From an uncultured Gemmatimonadales bacterium (lineage in GTDB: Bacteria > Gemmatimonadota > Gemmatimonadetes > Gemmatimonadales > GWC2-71-9): 64,000 bases of DNA. A program made the position numbers and the translations under genes. The stretch's first letter is position 1; every line of letters starts with the position of its first letter. Positions 19,329 through 29,601 of this stretch are shown here, one piece after another. The stretch spans positions 3,224,884 through 3,288,883 of the forward strand of contig CAVWRM010000001.1 in NCBI GenBank assembly GCA_963757525.1, read 5' to 3'. The notes beneath the pieces are model-generated. The model saw nothing but the letters and a program-made list of their open reading frames with translations, was not told where the DNA came from and made no database searches.

Positions 19329-20592
19329 GCGGACGCTCGCGGGCCCGGCCGAGGTTCGGGGGAAGGGACTGCATACCGGCCGCACGGTGACGGCGCGCTG
19401 CCTGCCGGGCCCCGCGCCCCACGGCATCGTGTTCCGCCGCACGGACCTTCCCGGCGCGCCGTCGATTCCGGCCCGGCTGAGCGAGGTGCAGTCCACCGAG
19501 CGCCGCACCATGCTCGGGAGCCCCGAGGCGGGCGTGCAGACTGTGGAGCATCTGCTGGCCGCGGCCGCCGCGCTCGAGCTCGACGATCTCGTGGTGGAGA
19601 TCGACGGCCCGGAGCCCCCCATCGGTGACGGATCGTTCTCCCCCTATCTCCAGGCGCTCGAGGCCGCGGGCGTCGCAGAGCAGCCGGGCGAGCCGGTGGT
19701 CTATCGCGTGCTCGCCCCGTTCCAGCTGGTCGAGGCGGATTCGAGCTACGTCGTGGCGCCGGCCAAATCACTCCGGCTCACCACGACGATCGAATGGCCG
19801 CACCCGCTGATCGGGCGGCAGTCGGGGAGCTTCGACATCACGCCGGAGGCCTTCGGGCGCGAGCTGGCCGGCGCCCGAACCTTCGGGTTCCTGAACGAGG
19901 CTGAGGCCCTCCGGTCTCGGGGCCTCGCATTGGGTGCCGCGCTCGATTCGACCCTGGTGCTCTCGGACGAGGGCCTCGTGGGCGGGGAGCTGCGCTGGGC
20001 CGACGAGTTCGTGCGCCACAAGGCCGCGGACATTCTGGGCGACCTGGCGCTCTCCGGCGGCCGGGTGCAGGCCCATGTGATCGCGACGAGACCGAGTCAT
20101 CAGGGCAACATCGCGCTGGCCCGATGGCTCACCCGTACCGGACAGCGCGACGGAGGCGTGGCGATGGACATCGGCCGGATCCTGGACGTGATCCCCCATC
20201 GATACCCGTTCCTGCTGGTGGACCGGATCCTCGAGGTGGAGGGTACGAAACGGATCGTCGGGATCAAGAACGTCACGATCAACGAGCCGTTCTTCCAGGG
20301 CCATTTTCCCGGTCATCCGATCATGCCCGGCGTGCTGATCATCGAAGCGATGGCGCAGGTCGGCGGGATGCTCCTCCTCGGCACGATCGAGGATCCCGAG
20401 CAGAAGGTCGTGTACTTCATGTCGCTCGACAACGTGAAGTTCCGCCGGCCGGTGCTTCCCGGCGATCAGCTCCGCTGCGAGCTGGAGATGATCCAGAACC
20501 GGGGACGCACCTGCCGCATGAAGGGGGTCGCCTACGTGGACGGGAACATCGTCGCTGAGGCTGAGATGATGGCGAGGGTCGTCGACCGGTGA
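19321..20592 (+). CDS. lpxC/fabZ: Bifunctional UDP-3-O-acyl-GlcNAc deacetylase / 3-hydroxyacyl-ACP dehydratase (LpxC-FabZ fusion)
   Basis: The N-terminal half is LpxC-like ('GKGLHTGR', 'TVEHLLAA', '[13 protein letters not shown]'). The C-terminal half is FabZ ('[13 protein letters not shown]', '[26 protein letters not shown]'). Confidence 0.9.
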   Translation: MSRRTLAGPAEVRGKGLHTGRTVTARCLPGPAPHGIVFRRTDLPGAPSIPARLSEVQSTERRTMLGSPEAGVQTVEHLLAAAAALELDDLVVEIDGPEPPIGDGSFSPYLQALEAAGVAEQPGEPVVYRVLAPFQLVEADSSYVVAPAKSLRLTTTIEWPHPLIGRQSGSFDITPEAFGRELAGARTFGFLNEAEALRSRGLALGAALDSTLVLSDEGLVGGELRWADEFVRHKAADILGDLALSGGRVQAHVIATRPSHQGNIALARWLTRTGQRDGGVAMDIGRILDVIPHRYPFLLVDRILEVEGTKRIVGIKNVTINEPFFQGHFPGHPIMPGVLIIEAMAQVGGMLLLGTIEDPEQKVVYFMSLDNVKFRRPVLPGDQLRCELEMIQNRGRTCRMKGVAYVDGNIVAEAEMMARVVDR

Positions 20593-21365
20593 CGGCGCGC
20601 GTGCACCCGACGGCCATGATCGACCCCTCCGCCAGGATGGGCGACGGAGTGGAGATCGGGCCGTGGGTGCTGGTTGGCGAGCAGGTGACGGTCGGCGATC
20701 GCTGCCGGATCGGGCCCCGCGCGCGGCTCCAGTGCAACGTGAAGCTCGCCGAAGACGTGAGCGTCGGCGACGGCACCATCATCGGCGGCGACCCGCAGGA
20801 TCTGAAGTATCGCGGCGAGGAGACCTGGGTCGAGATCGGGCCCGGCACGATTATCCGGGAGTACAGCACGATCAACCGGGGGACCTCCGCGAGCTACAAG
20901 ACGACGGTCGGTGCGCGCTGCTTCATCATGAGCTACGTTCATCTCGCCCACGACTGCCACGTGGGCGACGAGGTGGTCATCGCCAACGCCACCCAGTTCG
21001 CCGGCCACGTCACCGTGCACGACCGGGCCGTGCTGAGCGGGCTCAATGCGGTGCACCAGTTCGTGACCATCGGCACCCACGCCTTCGTCGGAGGCGGCTC
21101 CCGGGTGAACCAGGACATTCCGCCGTACGTCAAGGCGGTGGGCAACCCGATGGAGCTGTACGGGCTCAACTCCATCGGTCTGCAGCGGGCCGGGTTTGGA
21201 GCCGACACCATCTCGGCGCTCAAGCGGGCCTACCGGCTGTTCTTCAACTCGGAGCTCAATCTGTCCCAGGCACTGGAGCGAGCTCGGGCCGATCTGCCAC
21301 CGTTCCCCGAGGTGGAGCACTTCCTCGAGTTCGTCGCGTCGTCGGAGCGCGGCGTCCCGGCGTGA
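20589..21365 (+). CDS. lpxA: Acyl-ACP--UDP-GlcNAc O-acyltransferase
   Basis: Hexapeptide beta-helix followed by the helical 'GLNSIGLQRAGF..ISALKRAYRLFF'. GTGA overlap with the upstream gene. Confidence 0.9.
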   Translation: MTARVHPTAMIDPSARMGDGVEIGPWVLVGEQVTVGDRCRIGPRARLQCNVKLAEDVSVGDGTIIGGDPQDLKYRGEETWVEIGPGTIIREYSTINRGTSASYKTTVGARCFIMSYVHLAHDCHVGDEVVIANATQFAGHVTVHDRAVLSGLNAVHQFVTIGTHAFVGGGSRVNQDIPPYVKAVGNPMELYGLNSIGLQRAGFGADTISALKRAYRLFFNSELNLSQALERARADLPPFPEVEHFLEFVASSERGVPA

Positions 21366-22342
21366 CCACACTCCTTCCGGTCGGTGTCGTGGGCGTGGGC
21401 GCGCTCGGTCGGCATCACGCGCGCCACCTTGCCCAGCTCGAGGGCGCCCGCCTGGCCGGCATCTACGACATCGATCCGGTCCGCGGCGCGGCCATCGCCT
21501 CGGAGTACGGCACCCGGAGCTTCGGAGATCTCGACGAGCTGCTCCGCGAGGTGGAGGCCGTGACCGTTGCGGTGCCGACGCCCGCGCATATGGAGGTGGG
21601 GCTGCAGGCGCTGGCGGCCGGCGTGCCGGTGCTGATGGAGAAGCCGCTGGCCGAGTCCCTCGCCGCCGCCGATGCGCTGATCGAACGCGCGCGCACGCGT
21701 GGGGTGCAACTCCAGGTGGGACACATCGAGCGCTACAACCGGGCGCTTCGCGCGGCCGAGCCGTACCTCGATGGTCCCCGCTACATCGAGAGCCAGCGAC
21801 TCGCGCCCTTCCAGCCCCGCGGCACCGACGTCGCCGTGGTGCTCGACCTCATGATCCACGATCTCGATCTGGTGCTGCACCTGACGGGTGGCGCCGAGGC
21901 CACCGAGGTCCGCGCCTCGGGGCTCCCGCTCCTCTCCTCCCATCTCGATCTCGCCAACGCCAGGGTGGAGTTCGCCAACGGCGCCGTGGCCACGGCGACG
22001 GCTTCCCGAGTGTCGCGGGAGCGGATCCGCCGGCTGCGCCTCTTTCAGCCGAACGGCTACTTTTCGCTCGACCTGGCGAGCGGCGGCGGCGAGTTCATGC
22101 GGGTGCGGCCGGGCTGGCAGCCGGGCACCGGCGAGGCCCTGTCGGACGTCGTGGAGCGGATCGCCCTCGAGGCGCCCGAGGCCGACGCGCTGGCGCTCGA
22201 GCTGCAGAGCTTCGTGCATGCGGTGCGCGGAGGGCGGGACGTCGTCGTGCGAGGGGAAGAGGGGCGTGCCGCGCTCGCCCTCGCGTTGCGGGTGGCGGAC
22301 GCGATTCGTACGTCGCCCCTGGCCGCCACCACGGTCGGATGA
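21362..22342 (+). CDS. Gfo/Idh/MocA-family NAD(P)-dependent oxidoreductase embedded in the lpx chain
   Basis: Rossmann start 'VGVVGVGALGRHHARHL', 'VAVPTPAHMEV', 'VLMEKPLA'. GTGA overlap with lpxA and ATGA overlap with lpxB. The upstream part of ORF 20663 was trimmed. Confidence 0.8.
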   Translation: MTTLLPVGVVGVGALGRHHARHLAQLEGARLAGIYDIDPVRGAAIASEYGTRSFGDLDELLREVEAVTVAVPTPAHMEVGLQALAAGVPVLMEKPLAESLAAADALIERARTRGVQLQVGHIERYNRALRAAEPYLDGPRYIESQRLAPFQPRGTDVAVVLDLMIHDLDLVLHLTGGAEATEVRASGLPLLSSHLDLANARVEFANGAVATATASRVSRERIRRLRLFQPNGYFSLDLASGGGEFMRVRPGWQPGTGEALSDVVERIALEAPEADALALELQSFVHAVRGGRDVVVRGEEGRAALALALRVADAIRTSPLAATTVG

Positions 22343-23469
22343 TCGCGCGAGCCTCTCCGCGCATCTTCCTGTCCGCCGGCGAGCCATCGGGAGATCTCCA
22401 CGGCGCCGGCGTCGTGCGTGCGTTGCGAGCCCGCCACCCCGACGCAGTCATCGAAGCACTCGGCGGCCCCCGCATGGCCGAAGCCGGCGCCACCATCCGC
22501 TACCCCATCGAAGGACTGTCCGCCTTCGGCCTGGTGGAAGTGATCACCAAGCTCGGCGCCCACCTGCGCCTGCTGCACGCGCTCCGTGACGACTTCCGCG
22601 CCGGACGCTACGACCTCGTGATCCTGATCGACTATCCCGGCTTTCATCTCCGGGTGGCAGAAGCGGCCCGCCGGGCGGGCACCAAGGTGCTCTACTACAT
22701 TGCGCCGCAACTGTGGGCCTGGCGTCCCGGTCGCGCCCGCCGGTTCGCGGCCGCCGTGGATCGTCTGGCTGTGGTCCTGCCGTTCGAGCAGCGGTTCTTC
22801 GGCGACCTCGGTCTTCGGAGCGAGTACGTGGGACATCCCCTCGTCGATCGCGAGCCGTGGCCCACGCGTGAGCTGGCGCGCACGCGACTCGGCATCGCGC
22901 CCGAGAGCAGGGTCCTCGGCATCTTTCCCGGGAGCCGGAGTCAGGAGGTGGGCCGGCTCTGGATTCCGTTCCGCGACGCCGCCCTCAAGCTCAAGGCCGA
23001 AGGCCGCTGCGACCGGATCCTGGTGGCCGGCACGGCGGACGGAGAGTATCCCGATCCCGGACCCATCGAGATCGTGCGGGACGATCCGCGGTCGCTCTTC
23101 GCGGCGGCCGATGCGGCGCTCGCCAAGTCGGGCACGACCACCCTCGAGGCCGCGCTGGCCGATACGCCGATGGTCGTCGCCTACAAGGTGCATCCCTTTA
23201 CCTGGTTCATGTTCCAGCGCCTCCGCACCGTCCGCTGGGTCAGCCTGGTAAACCTGGTCGCGGAACGGGAGGTCGTTCCCGAGATGCTCCAGGAGAACGC
23301 GGAGACCGGTCCGCTCGCCGACGCCCTCCGCCCGCTGCTCGATCCCCGCGATCCACGGACCATCGCGCAGCGCGAAGGTCTCGCGCTGGTGCGCCGGCGA
23401 CTCGGCGCTCCGGGAGCGACGACGCGGGTGGTCGCCCTCGCGGATGAGTTGCTCGGTGCGGCCGGGTGA
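22339..23469 (+). CDS. lpxB: Lipid-A-disaccharide synthase
   Basis: 'IFLSAGEPSGDLHGA', 'IDYPGFHLR', 'YYIAPQLWAWR', 'KSGTTTLEAAL'. Start set at the ATG that overlaps the upstream stop. Confidence 0.88.
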   Translation: MIARASPRIFLSAGEPSGDLHGAGVVRALRARHPDAVIEALGGPRMAEAGATIRYPIEGLSAFGLVEVITKLGAHLRLLHALRDDFRAGRYDLVILIDYPGFHLRVAEAARRAGTKVLYYIAPQLWAWRPGRARRFAAAVDRLAVVLPFEQRFFGDLGLRSEYVGHPLVDREPWPTRELARTRLGIAPESRVLGIFPGSRSQEVGRLWIPFRDAALKLKAEGRCDRILVAGTADGEYPDPGPIEIVRDDPRSLFAAADAALAKSGTTTLEAALADTPMVVAYKVHPFTWFMFQRLRTVRWVSLVNLVAEREVVPEMLQENAETGPLADALRPLLDPRDPRTIAQREGLALVRRRLGAPGATTRVVALADELLGAAG

Positions 23470-24089
23470 GGGCCTCGCCGGCCAACATCCGGCGGTTCGC
23501 CGCACCGGCCATCAAACTGCTGGCGTCCACGTGGCGGATCAGCACCGAGAACGAAGAACGGTGGCGCCCGCTGTACGAGGCGCGGCGTCCCCACGTCTTT
23601 CTCCTCTGGCACGAGGCCTTGCTTCCGCTTCTCTGGCAACATCGGCATCAGGCGATCACGATCATCGTGAGCACCGCGCGTGACGGCCAGTATCTGGCCG
23701 ATTTTGCCGGCTCGCTGGGGTATGGGGCGGTGCGCGGATCAAGTCACAAGGGAGCCGCCCGCGCCCTCCTCGGCGCGGTCCGCGAGCTGCGGAGCGGCCG
23801 GACCGTGGCCTTTACTCCCGACGGACCCCGGGGGCCGCGGCGGGAGCTCAAGCCGGGCGTCGTGGCCGCCGCGCAGCGGGGCAGAGGCGTCGTCGTGCCG
23901 CTGCATGCCGAGGCAAACCGGGCATGGCGTTTACATTCGTGGGACCGACTTATGATTCCCAAGCCTGCCGCCCGGGTTCGCATCATCTACGGCCGACCGT
24001 TCGAGGTCGCCGAAGGGGACGATGGCCTGTCGCGGGGAGTGGCCGACGCCCTCGAGCGGCTCCAAGAGATCGCGGGAGCGGCCGAGTGA
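23466..24089 (+). CDS. DUF374 / lysophospholipid-acyltransferase-like protein
   Basis: 'FLLWHEALLPL...IIVSTARDGQYLA...GYGAVRGSS.KGAARAL...TPDGPRGP'. Overlaps lpxB and lpxK by 4 nt each. Confidence 0.7.
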   Translation: MRASPANIRRFAAPAIKLLASTWRISTENEERWRPLYEARRPHVFLLWHEALLPLLWQHRHQAITIIVSTARDGQYLADFAGSLGYGAVRGSSHKGAARALLGAVRELRSGRTVAFTPDGPRGPRRELKPGVVAAAQRGRGVVVPLHAEANRAWRLHSWDRLMIPKPAARVRIIYGRPFEVAEGDDGLSRGVADALERLQEIAGAAE

Positions 24090-25126
24090 CGCGTCGGGGG
24101 GACAGCCATCGGGTGCTGCGCTGGCTGTGGACCAGCCGCCGGCCGGACGCGCGGCTTGCCAGGCTCGCCTTGCTCCCGGTCTCCGGACTCTGGCGGGGCG
24201 CGATGGCGGCGCGGGGACTGGCCTATCGCCGCGGCTGGATGACGGTCCAGGACCTCCCGCTGCCCGCCGTGGCCGTCGGGAACCTGACGGTGGGCGGATC
24301 GGGAAAGACCCCGGTCGCCATCTGGGCGGCACGCCACTACGTGAGCCGCGGCCTCCGTCCCGGCATTCTGCTACGGGGCTACGGCGGCGACGAGACGCTG
24401 GTTCACCAGCATGACGTCCCCGAGGCGGTCGTGGTGGCCGACCCCGATCGCGCCGCGGGCGCCGAGCGGGCGCTGGCGCGGGGCGCCGAAGTCCTGGTGC
24501 TGGACGACGCGTATCAGCGCCTCGATGTCCGCCGCGATCTCAACATCGCGGTCATCAGCGCGGAGACCAGTCGCGCCGTCCGCTGGTCGCTGCCCGCCGG
24601 GCCTTGGCGCGAGGGCTGGGAGGCGCTCGATCGGGCCGATGCTCTGATCGTCACCCGGAAGCGCGCCACCTGGGAGGCCGCCCGCACGCTGGCTGAGGAC
24701 TTGGCCGACCGGACCGGACGTCCCGTCGCCGTGGCGCATCTTGGTCTCCGCCACCTCGAGGGGCTCGTGTCCGGTACGCACCACCCGGCGGAGAGTCTCG
24801 CGGGCAAGCGAGTGGTGGCGGCTTCCGGCATCGCTGACCCGGATGCCTTCGTGGCACAGACCAAAGCCACCGGAGCCGCCGTGCAGGTCGCCACGTGGAA
24901 GGACCATCACGCGTATCGCGACGAAGATGTGGCCTGGCTGGCCCACGCGGCCCGGCGCGCCGACTACGTGGTGATCACGCAGAAGGACGCGGTCAAGCTG
25001 CGTGACCGGTGGCCGAATGTCGCGCCGGAGCCGCTGGTGGCCGTGCTCGATCTCGTCTGGGAGGAAGGCGGCGAGCAGATCGCCGCCGCGCTGGATGCCG
25101 TCGTCGCCCCGGTGGAAGGCCTGTAA
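24086..25126 (+). CDS. lpxK: Tetraacyldisaccharide 4'-kinase
   Basis: '[13 protein letters not shown]' P-loop, '[10 protein letters not shown]', 'VLDDAYQ', 'ITQKDAVKL'. GTG start overlaps the DUF374 stop. Confidence 0.85.
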   Translation: MTRRGDSHRVLRWLWTSRRPDARLARLALLPVSGLWRGAMAARGLAYRRGWMTVQDLPLPAVAVGNLTVGGSGKTPVAIWAARHYVSRGLRPGILLRGYGGDETLVHQHDVPEAVVVADPDRAAGAERALARGAEVLVLDDAYQRLDVRRDLNIAVISAETSRAVRWSLPAGPWREGWEALDRADALIVTRKRATWEAARTLAEDLADRTGRPVAVAHLGLRHLEGLVSGTHHPAESLAGKRVVAASGIADPDAFVAQTKATGAAVQVATWKDHHAYRDEDVAWLAHAARRADYVVITQKDAVKLRDRWPNVAPEPLVAVLDLVWEEGGEQIAAALDAVVAPVEGL

Positions 25127-25152
25127 TTCACCCTGGAGATCCCGAAAACTCT

Positions 25153-26460
<1,308 letters not shown>

Positions 26461-26925
26461 GTGGAGATCACCCTCCTCGCTGTCGGAAAGCTGAGGCCGG
26501 CGCTGCGGGAGGTCGCGGACGACTACGCCCGGAGGCTCGGCCGGTACTTCAAGCTCCGGGAGGTCGAGGTGAAGGAGGCGAGTCGCGCTCCCACCGTCGA
26601 ACGCCAGCTCGAGGAAGAGGCACGCCGCCTCGGCGGCCGGCTGACGCGCGGCGCGCTGATGGTCGCGCTGTCGCGCCAGGGCTCCCCGCTGGGAAGCCGC
26701 GATCTGGCCGCTGAGGTGGGCCGATGGCGGGTGGCCGCGAGGCCAGTGGATCTCATCGTCGGCGGCTCCAACGGCCTGGGCCGGGACCTGCTGAAGCGCG
26801 CAGCGCTCCGCTGGAGTCTCGGTCCGGCGACGCTGCCTCACGAGCTGGCCCGCGTCGTCGTCCTCGAGCAGCTCTATCGGGCCTGCACGATTCTGGGGGG
26901 AGAGAAGTATCACAAGGGCGGATGA
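26461..26925 (+). CDS. rlmH: 23S rRNA (pseudouridine1915-N3)-methyltransferase (SPOUT)
   Basis: About 154 aa. 'ITLLAVGKL...EY.KRL', 'LIVGGSNGL', 'LSLGPATLPHELARVVVLEQLYRA'. Starts right after the gdhA stop. Confidence 0.88.
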   Translation: MEITLLAVGKLRPALREVADDYARRLGRYFKLREVEVKEASRAPTVERQLEEEARRLGGRLTRGALMVALSRQGSPLGSRDLAAEVGRWRVAARPVDLIVGGSNGLGRDLLKRAALRWSLGPATLPHELARVVVLEQLYRACTILGGEKYHKGG

Positions 26926-27029
26926 AGGCTCAAGGCTCAAGGCTGAAGGCTCAAGGCCGAAGGCTGCAGGCTCTAGGCTGCCGGCTAGGACCCCCGGCTT
27001 TCAGCCTTTAGCCTTGAGCCTTTAGCCGT
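26925..27029. repeat. Heptanucleotide tandem repeat (AAGGCTN)x9 followed by 4 inverted units, forming a long imperfect hairpin
   Basis: Direct read. Units run 26925-26987. The inverted copies CAGCCTT/TAGCCTT/GAGCCTT/TAGCC run 27002-27027. 26941-26966 pairs with 27002-27027 at 23 of 26 positions. Confidence 0.85.
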
Positions 27030-27746
27030 ATGCCCGAATGGTATGAAGAGTGGTTCGGCGAAGAATACCTCCAGCTCTACCCTCATCGTGACGACGCCGA
27101 CGCCGAGCGGATGGTGTCGCTCATCCTCGCTACGGTGCCGTTCGAGCCCGGATGGCGCGTGCTCGACGTGGCCTGCGGGGCCGGGCGCCACGCCCGCGCC
27201 TTCCGGGAGGCCGGCGCCATGTGCTTCGGGGTCGACCTTTCCGCCAGCCTTCTGCGCGTGGCGCGCGGCGCAACCGACGCGCCGCTCATCCGGGCCGACA
27301 TGCGCGTTCTCCCGATCCGGCCCGCCTCGATGGCGCTCACCGTCAATCTCTTTACCAGCTTCGGCTATTTCGAGCACGACGCCGAGCACGGCCACGCGCT
27401 CCAGGAAATGGTGGGGACCGTCCGGCAGGGTGGGTGGTTCGTGATCGACGTCCTCAATCCCTCCGCGGTGAGGGCCGGACTGGTCCCGCACGAAACGGTG
27501 CGGACGGGAAGCGTCTCGGCGAATGTCACGCGAACCATTTCGAAGGACCGCCGGTTTGTGTGCAAGACCATCAAATGGTCTACCGGACGCAAGTTCGTCG
27601 AGCGGGTCAGACTTTTCGAGCCCGGGGACATGATCGCCATGCTGACCAGGGCTGGCGTACGTATCGAGCACCGCTTCGGTGACTACGACGGTCACCCCAT
27701 GACCGCCTCGTCGGCGCGCACGATCCTGATAGGTCGGACCGCATGA
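27030..27746 (+). CDS. Class I SAM-dependent methyltransferase
   Basis: Motif I 'VLDVACGAGRHA', 'GVDLS', 'ADMRVLP', 'LTVNLFTSFGYF'. ATGA overlap with the bshC start. Confidence 0.8.
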   Translation: MPEWYEEWFGEEYLQLYPHRDDADAERMVSLILATVPFEPGWRVLDVACGAGRHARAFREAGAMCFGVDLSASLLRVARGATDAPLIRADMRVLPIRPASMALTVNLFTSFGYFEHDAEHGHALQEMVGTVRQGGWFVIDVLNPSAVRAGLVPHETVRTGSVSANVTRTISKDRRFVCKTIKWSTGRKFVERVRLFEPGDMIAMLTRAGVRIEHRFGDYDGHPMTASSARTILIGRTA

Positions 27747-29272
27747 CGCTCCGGCTGGTTGCCACGCCGCTCGACGTATCCCTCGAGCGGCCCGGTGAAC
27801 GCGAGGGTGGCCTGGACCCCGCCCTCACGGAGGCGTTCTGGCCATCGCCCGCGGTGGAGGAAGGGCTCCGCCGTCTCCGTCTTCCCGGCGCCGTGGCCGT
27901 GACTTCCGGCCAGCAACCGGGACTCTTCACCGGGCCGCTGTACACGGTCTACAAGGCTCTCTCGACCGCTGCTCTCGCTCGGCGGCTCGAGCAGATGTGG
28001 CAGAGACCCGTGGTCCCGATCTTCTGGCTCGCCGGAGACGACCACGACTTCGCTGAGGCCAGCGAGGCGTCCTGGATCGGAGCCGATGGATCCCTCAAGA
28101 CCGTGTCGCTCGCGCCGCGGCTCCCGGACGCACCGCTCACCCCGATGTACCGCGAGCCGCTCGGCGAGTCGGTGGTGCCCGCCACGCAGGCCCTGCTCGA
28201 GGGGCTCCCACCATCCGAGTTCCGCGAGGAGACGGCGGACTGGATCGCCCGGCACTATCACCCCGACCGGACAGTGGCGGCGAGCTTCGCCGGGGCGATG
28301 GCCGAGCTGCTCGCGCCGTTCGGCATCGTCTGTTTCGACTCCACCCACGCGGCCTCCAAGCGGGCTGCTGCCCCTCTGCTCGTGCGCGCGCTTCGACAGG
28401 CGCGGGCGCTCGACGACGATCTCGATCGATTTGCCGAATCGCAGGGCGCCACGGCTCGCACCTCCGGTGTCACGGTCGGTGACGGGGCATCCCTCGTCAT
28501 GCTGGAGGCGTCGCAGGGGAGGGACCGCCTCATCCTCGATGGCGAAGTGTTCGTTACCCGCCGCAGCAAGGAGCGGTTCGGCCTTTCGGCCCTCGAGCGG
28601 ATCGCGCGCGAGGAGCCGGCTCGGCTCTCCCCGAATGTCCTGCTCCGGCCCGTGGTCGAGAGCGCACTCCTTCCGACGGTGGCGTACCTCGGCGGCCCGG
28701 GTGAGCTTCGCTACCTCTCGCTTACGCCGCCGGTTTACCAGCGCCTGGAGGTAGTCCGGCAGCGCCCGCTGCCCCGCTGGTCGGGCATCCTGGTCGAGGC
28801 GCGGGTGGACCGGGTGCTCGAGAAGTTCGGCATCACCCTCGACGACCTGTCCGCGCCGCCGGGCGCGCTCGAGTCGAGGCTGGTTCGATCGCAGCTTCCC
28901 CCGGAGGCCTCCGAGGCGCTCTCGAGCCTCCGCGCGGCGCTCGAGACCGGGTACCGTGCGCTGGCCACCGTGGCCCGGGAGATCGATCCCACGCTCGAGC
29001 GGTCGATCCAGGGCACGCTGCAGCAGGCGCTCGGCGGCAGCCAGGACGCCGAGCGGAAGCTGGTCCAGCACCTGAAGCGGAGACAGGAGACCGAGCTTTC
29101 CCAGCTCGCGCGCGCCCGGACGACGATTCTCCCGAACGGCAAGCCGCAGGAGCGCGTGCTGACCATCGCGCCGTTCCTCGCCCGCTACGGCCGCGACCTG
29201 CTCGTCCGGCTTTCGAGCGCCATGGATCACTGGTATGCGGACGGTCTTGTAGGGCCGTCCAAACCCGCGTAG
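27743..29272 (+). CDS. bshC: Bacillithiol biosynthesis cysteine-adding enzyme BshC
   Basis: 'SGQQPGLFTGPLYTVYKALS', 'PIFWLAGDDHDFAE', 'SPNVLLRPVVESALLPTVAYLGGPGELRY', 'PQERVLTIAPFLARYG'. These match my recollection of B. subtilis BshC (YllA). Confidence 0.85.
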   Translation: MTLRLVATPLDVSLERPGEREGGLDPALTEAFWPSPAVEEGLRRLRLPGAVAVTSGQQPGLFTGPLYTVYKALSTAALARRLEQMWQRPVVPIFWLAGDDHDFAEASEASWIGADGSLKTVSLAPRLPDAPLTPMYREPLGESVVPATQALLEGLPPSEFREETADWIARHYHPDRTVAASFAGAMAELLAPFGIVCFDSTHAASKRAAAPLLVRALRQARALDDDLDRFAESQGATARTSGVTVGDGASLVMLEASQGRDRLILDGEVFVTRRSKERFGLSALERIAREEPARLSPNVLLRPVVESALLPTVAYLGGPGELRYLSLTPPVYQRLEVVRQRPLPRWSGILVEARVDRVLEKFGITLDDLSAPPGALESRLVRSQLPPEASEALSSLRAALETGYRALATVAREIDPTLERSIQGTLQQALGGSQDAERKLVQHLKRRQETELSQLARARTTILPNGKPQERVLTIAPFLARYGRDLLVRLSSAMDHWYADGLVGPSKPA

Positions 29273-29281
29273 ACTCGACCC

Positions 29282-29569
29282 ATGTCGGTCATCGCGCTCA
29301 TTCTCCTCGTGGCGCTTCTCATCCCCATCATGGGCATCGTGCTGGACTCGCCGATCGGGCGTGCGCTCGCCCGGCGGCTCGAGGGTTCACCCGCCGCGCC
29401 GCCGGCCGTCGGAGATCTGCTGAAGAAGGTGGAGACGTTGGAGGCGGAGGTCGAGCAGCTCAGCCGTACCGTGGACTCGCTGCAGGAAGAAACCGCCTTT
29501 CTCCATCGCCTGCTGGCCGATCCCTCCGCGCCGTCCCGCTCCACCCTGCCACCGCCCCCGGGAACCTGA
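29282..29569 (+). CDS. Hypothetical membrane-anchored coiled-coil protein
   Basis: N-terminal TM 'VIALILLVALLIPIMGIVL', heptad-like 'LLKKVETLEAEVEQLSRTVDSLQEETAFL', proline-rich tail. High GC3. No family recognised. Confidence 0.5.
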   Translation: MSVIALILLVALLIPIMGIVLDSPIGRALARRLEGSPAAPPAVGDLLKKVETLEAEVEQLSRTVDSLQEETAFLHRLLADPSAPSRSTLPPPPGT

Positions 29570-29601
29570 GCGCTCCCCGGGCTCGAGCCGCGCGACCGGC
29601 G

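Noticed and set aside
20663-23469. Long 5' extensions of ORFs 20663..22342 and 21196..23469
   Set aside because: The extensions run through lpxA and the oxidoreductase in other frames and translate to Arg/Pro-rich junk. The real starts were set at the GTG or ATG that overlaps the preceding stop codon. I trimmed ORFs 10323, 23924, 25009, 29901, 33581, 34839, 56443 and 60417 the same way.
26925-27029. CRISPR array
   Set aside because: The repeat unit is only 7 nt and is directly tandem with no spacers. No cas genes are present anywhere in the window.
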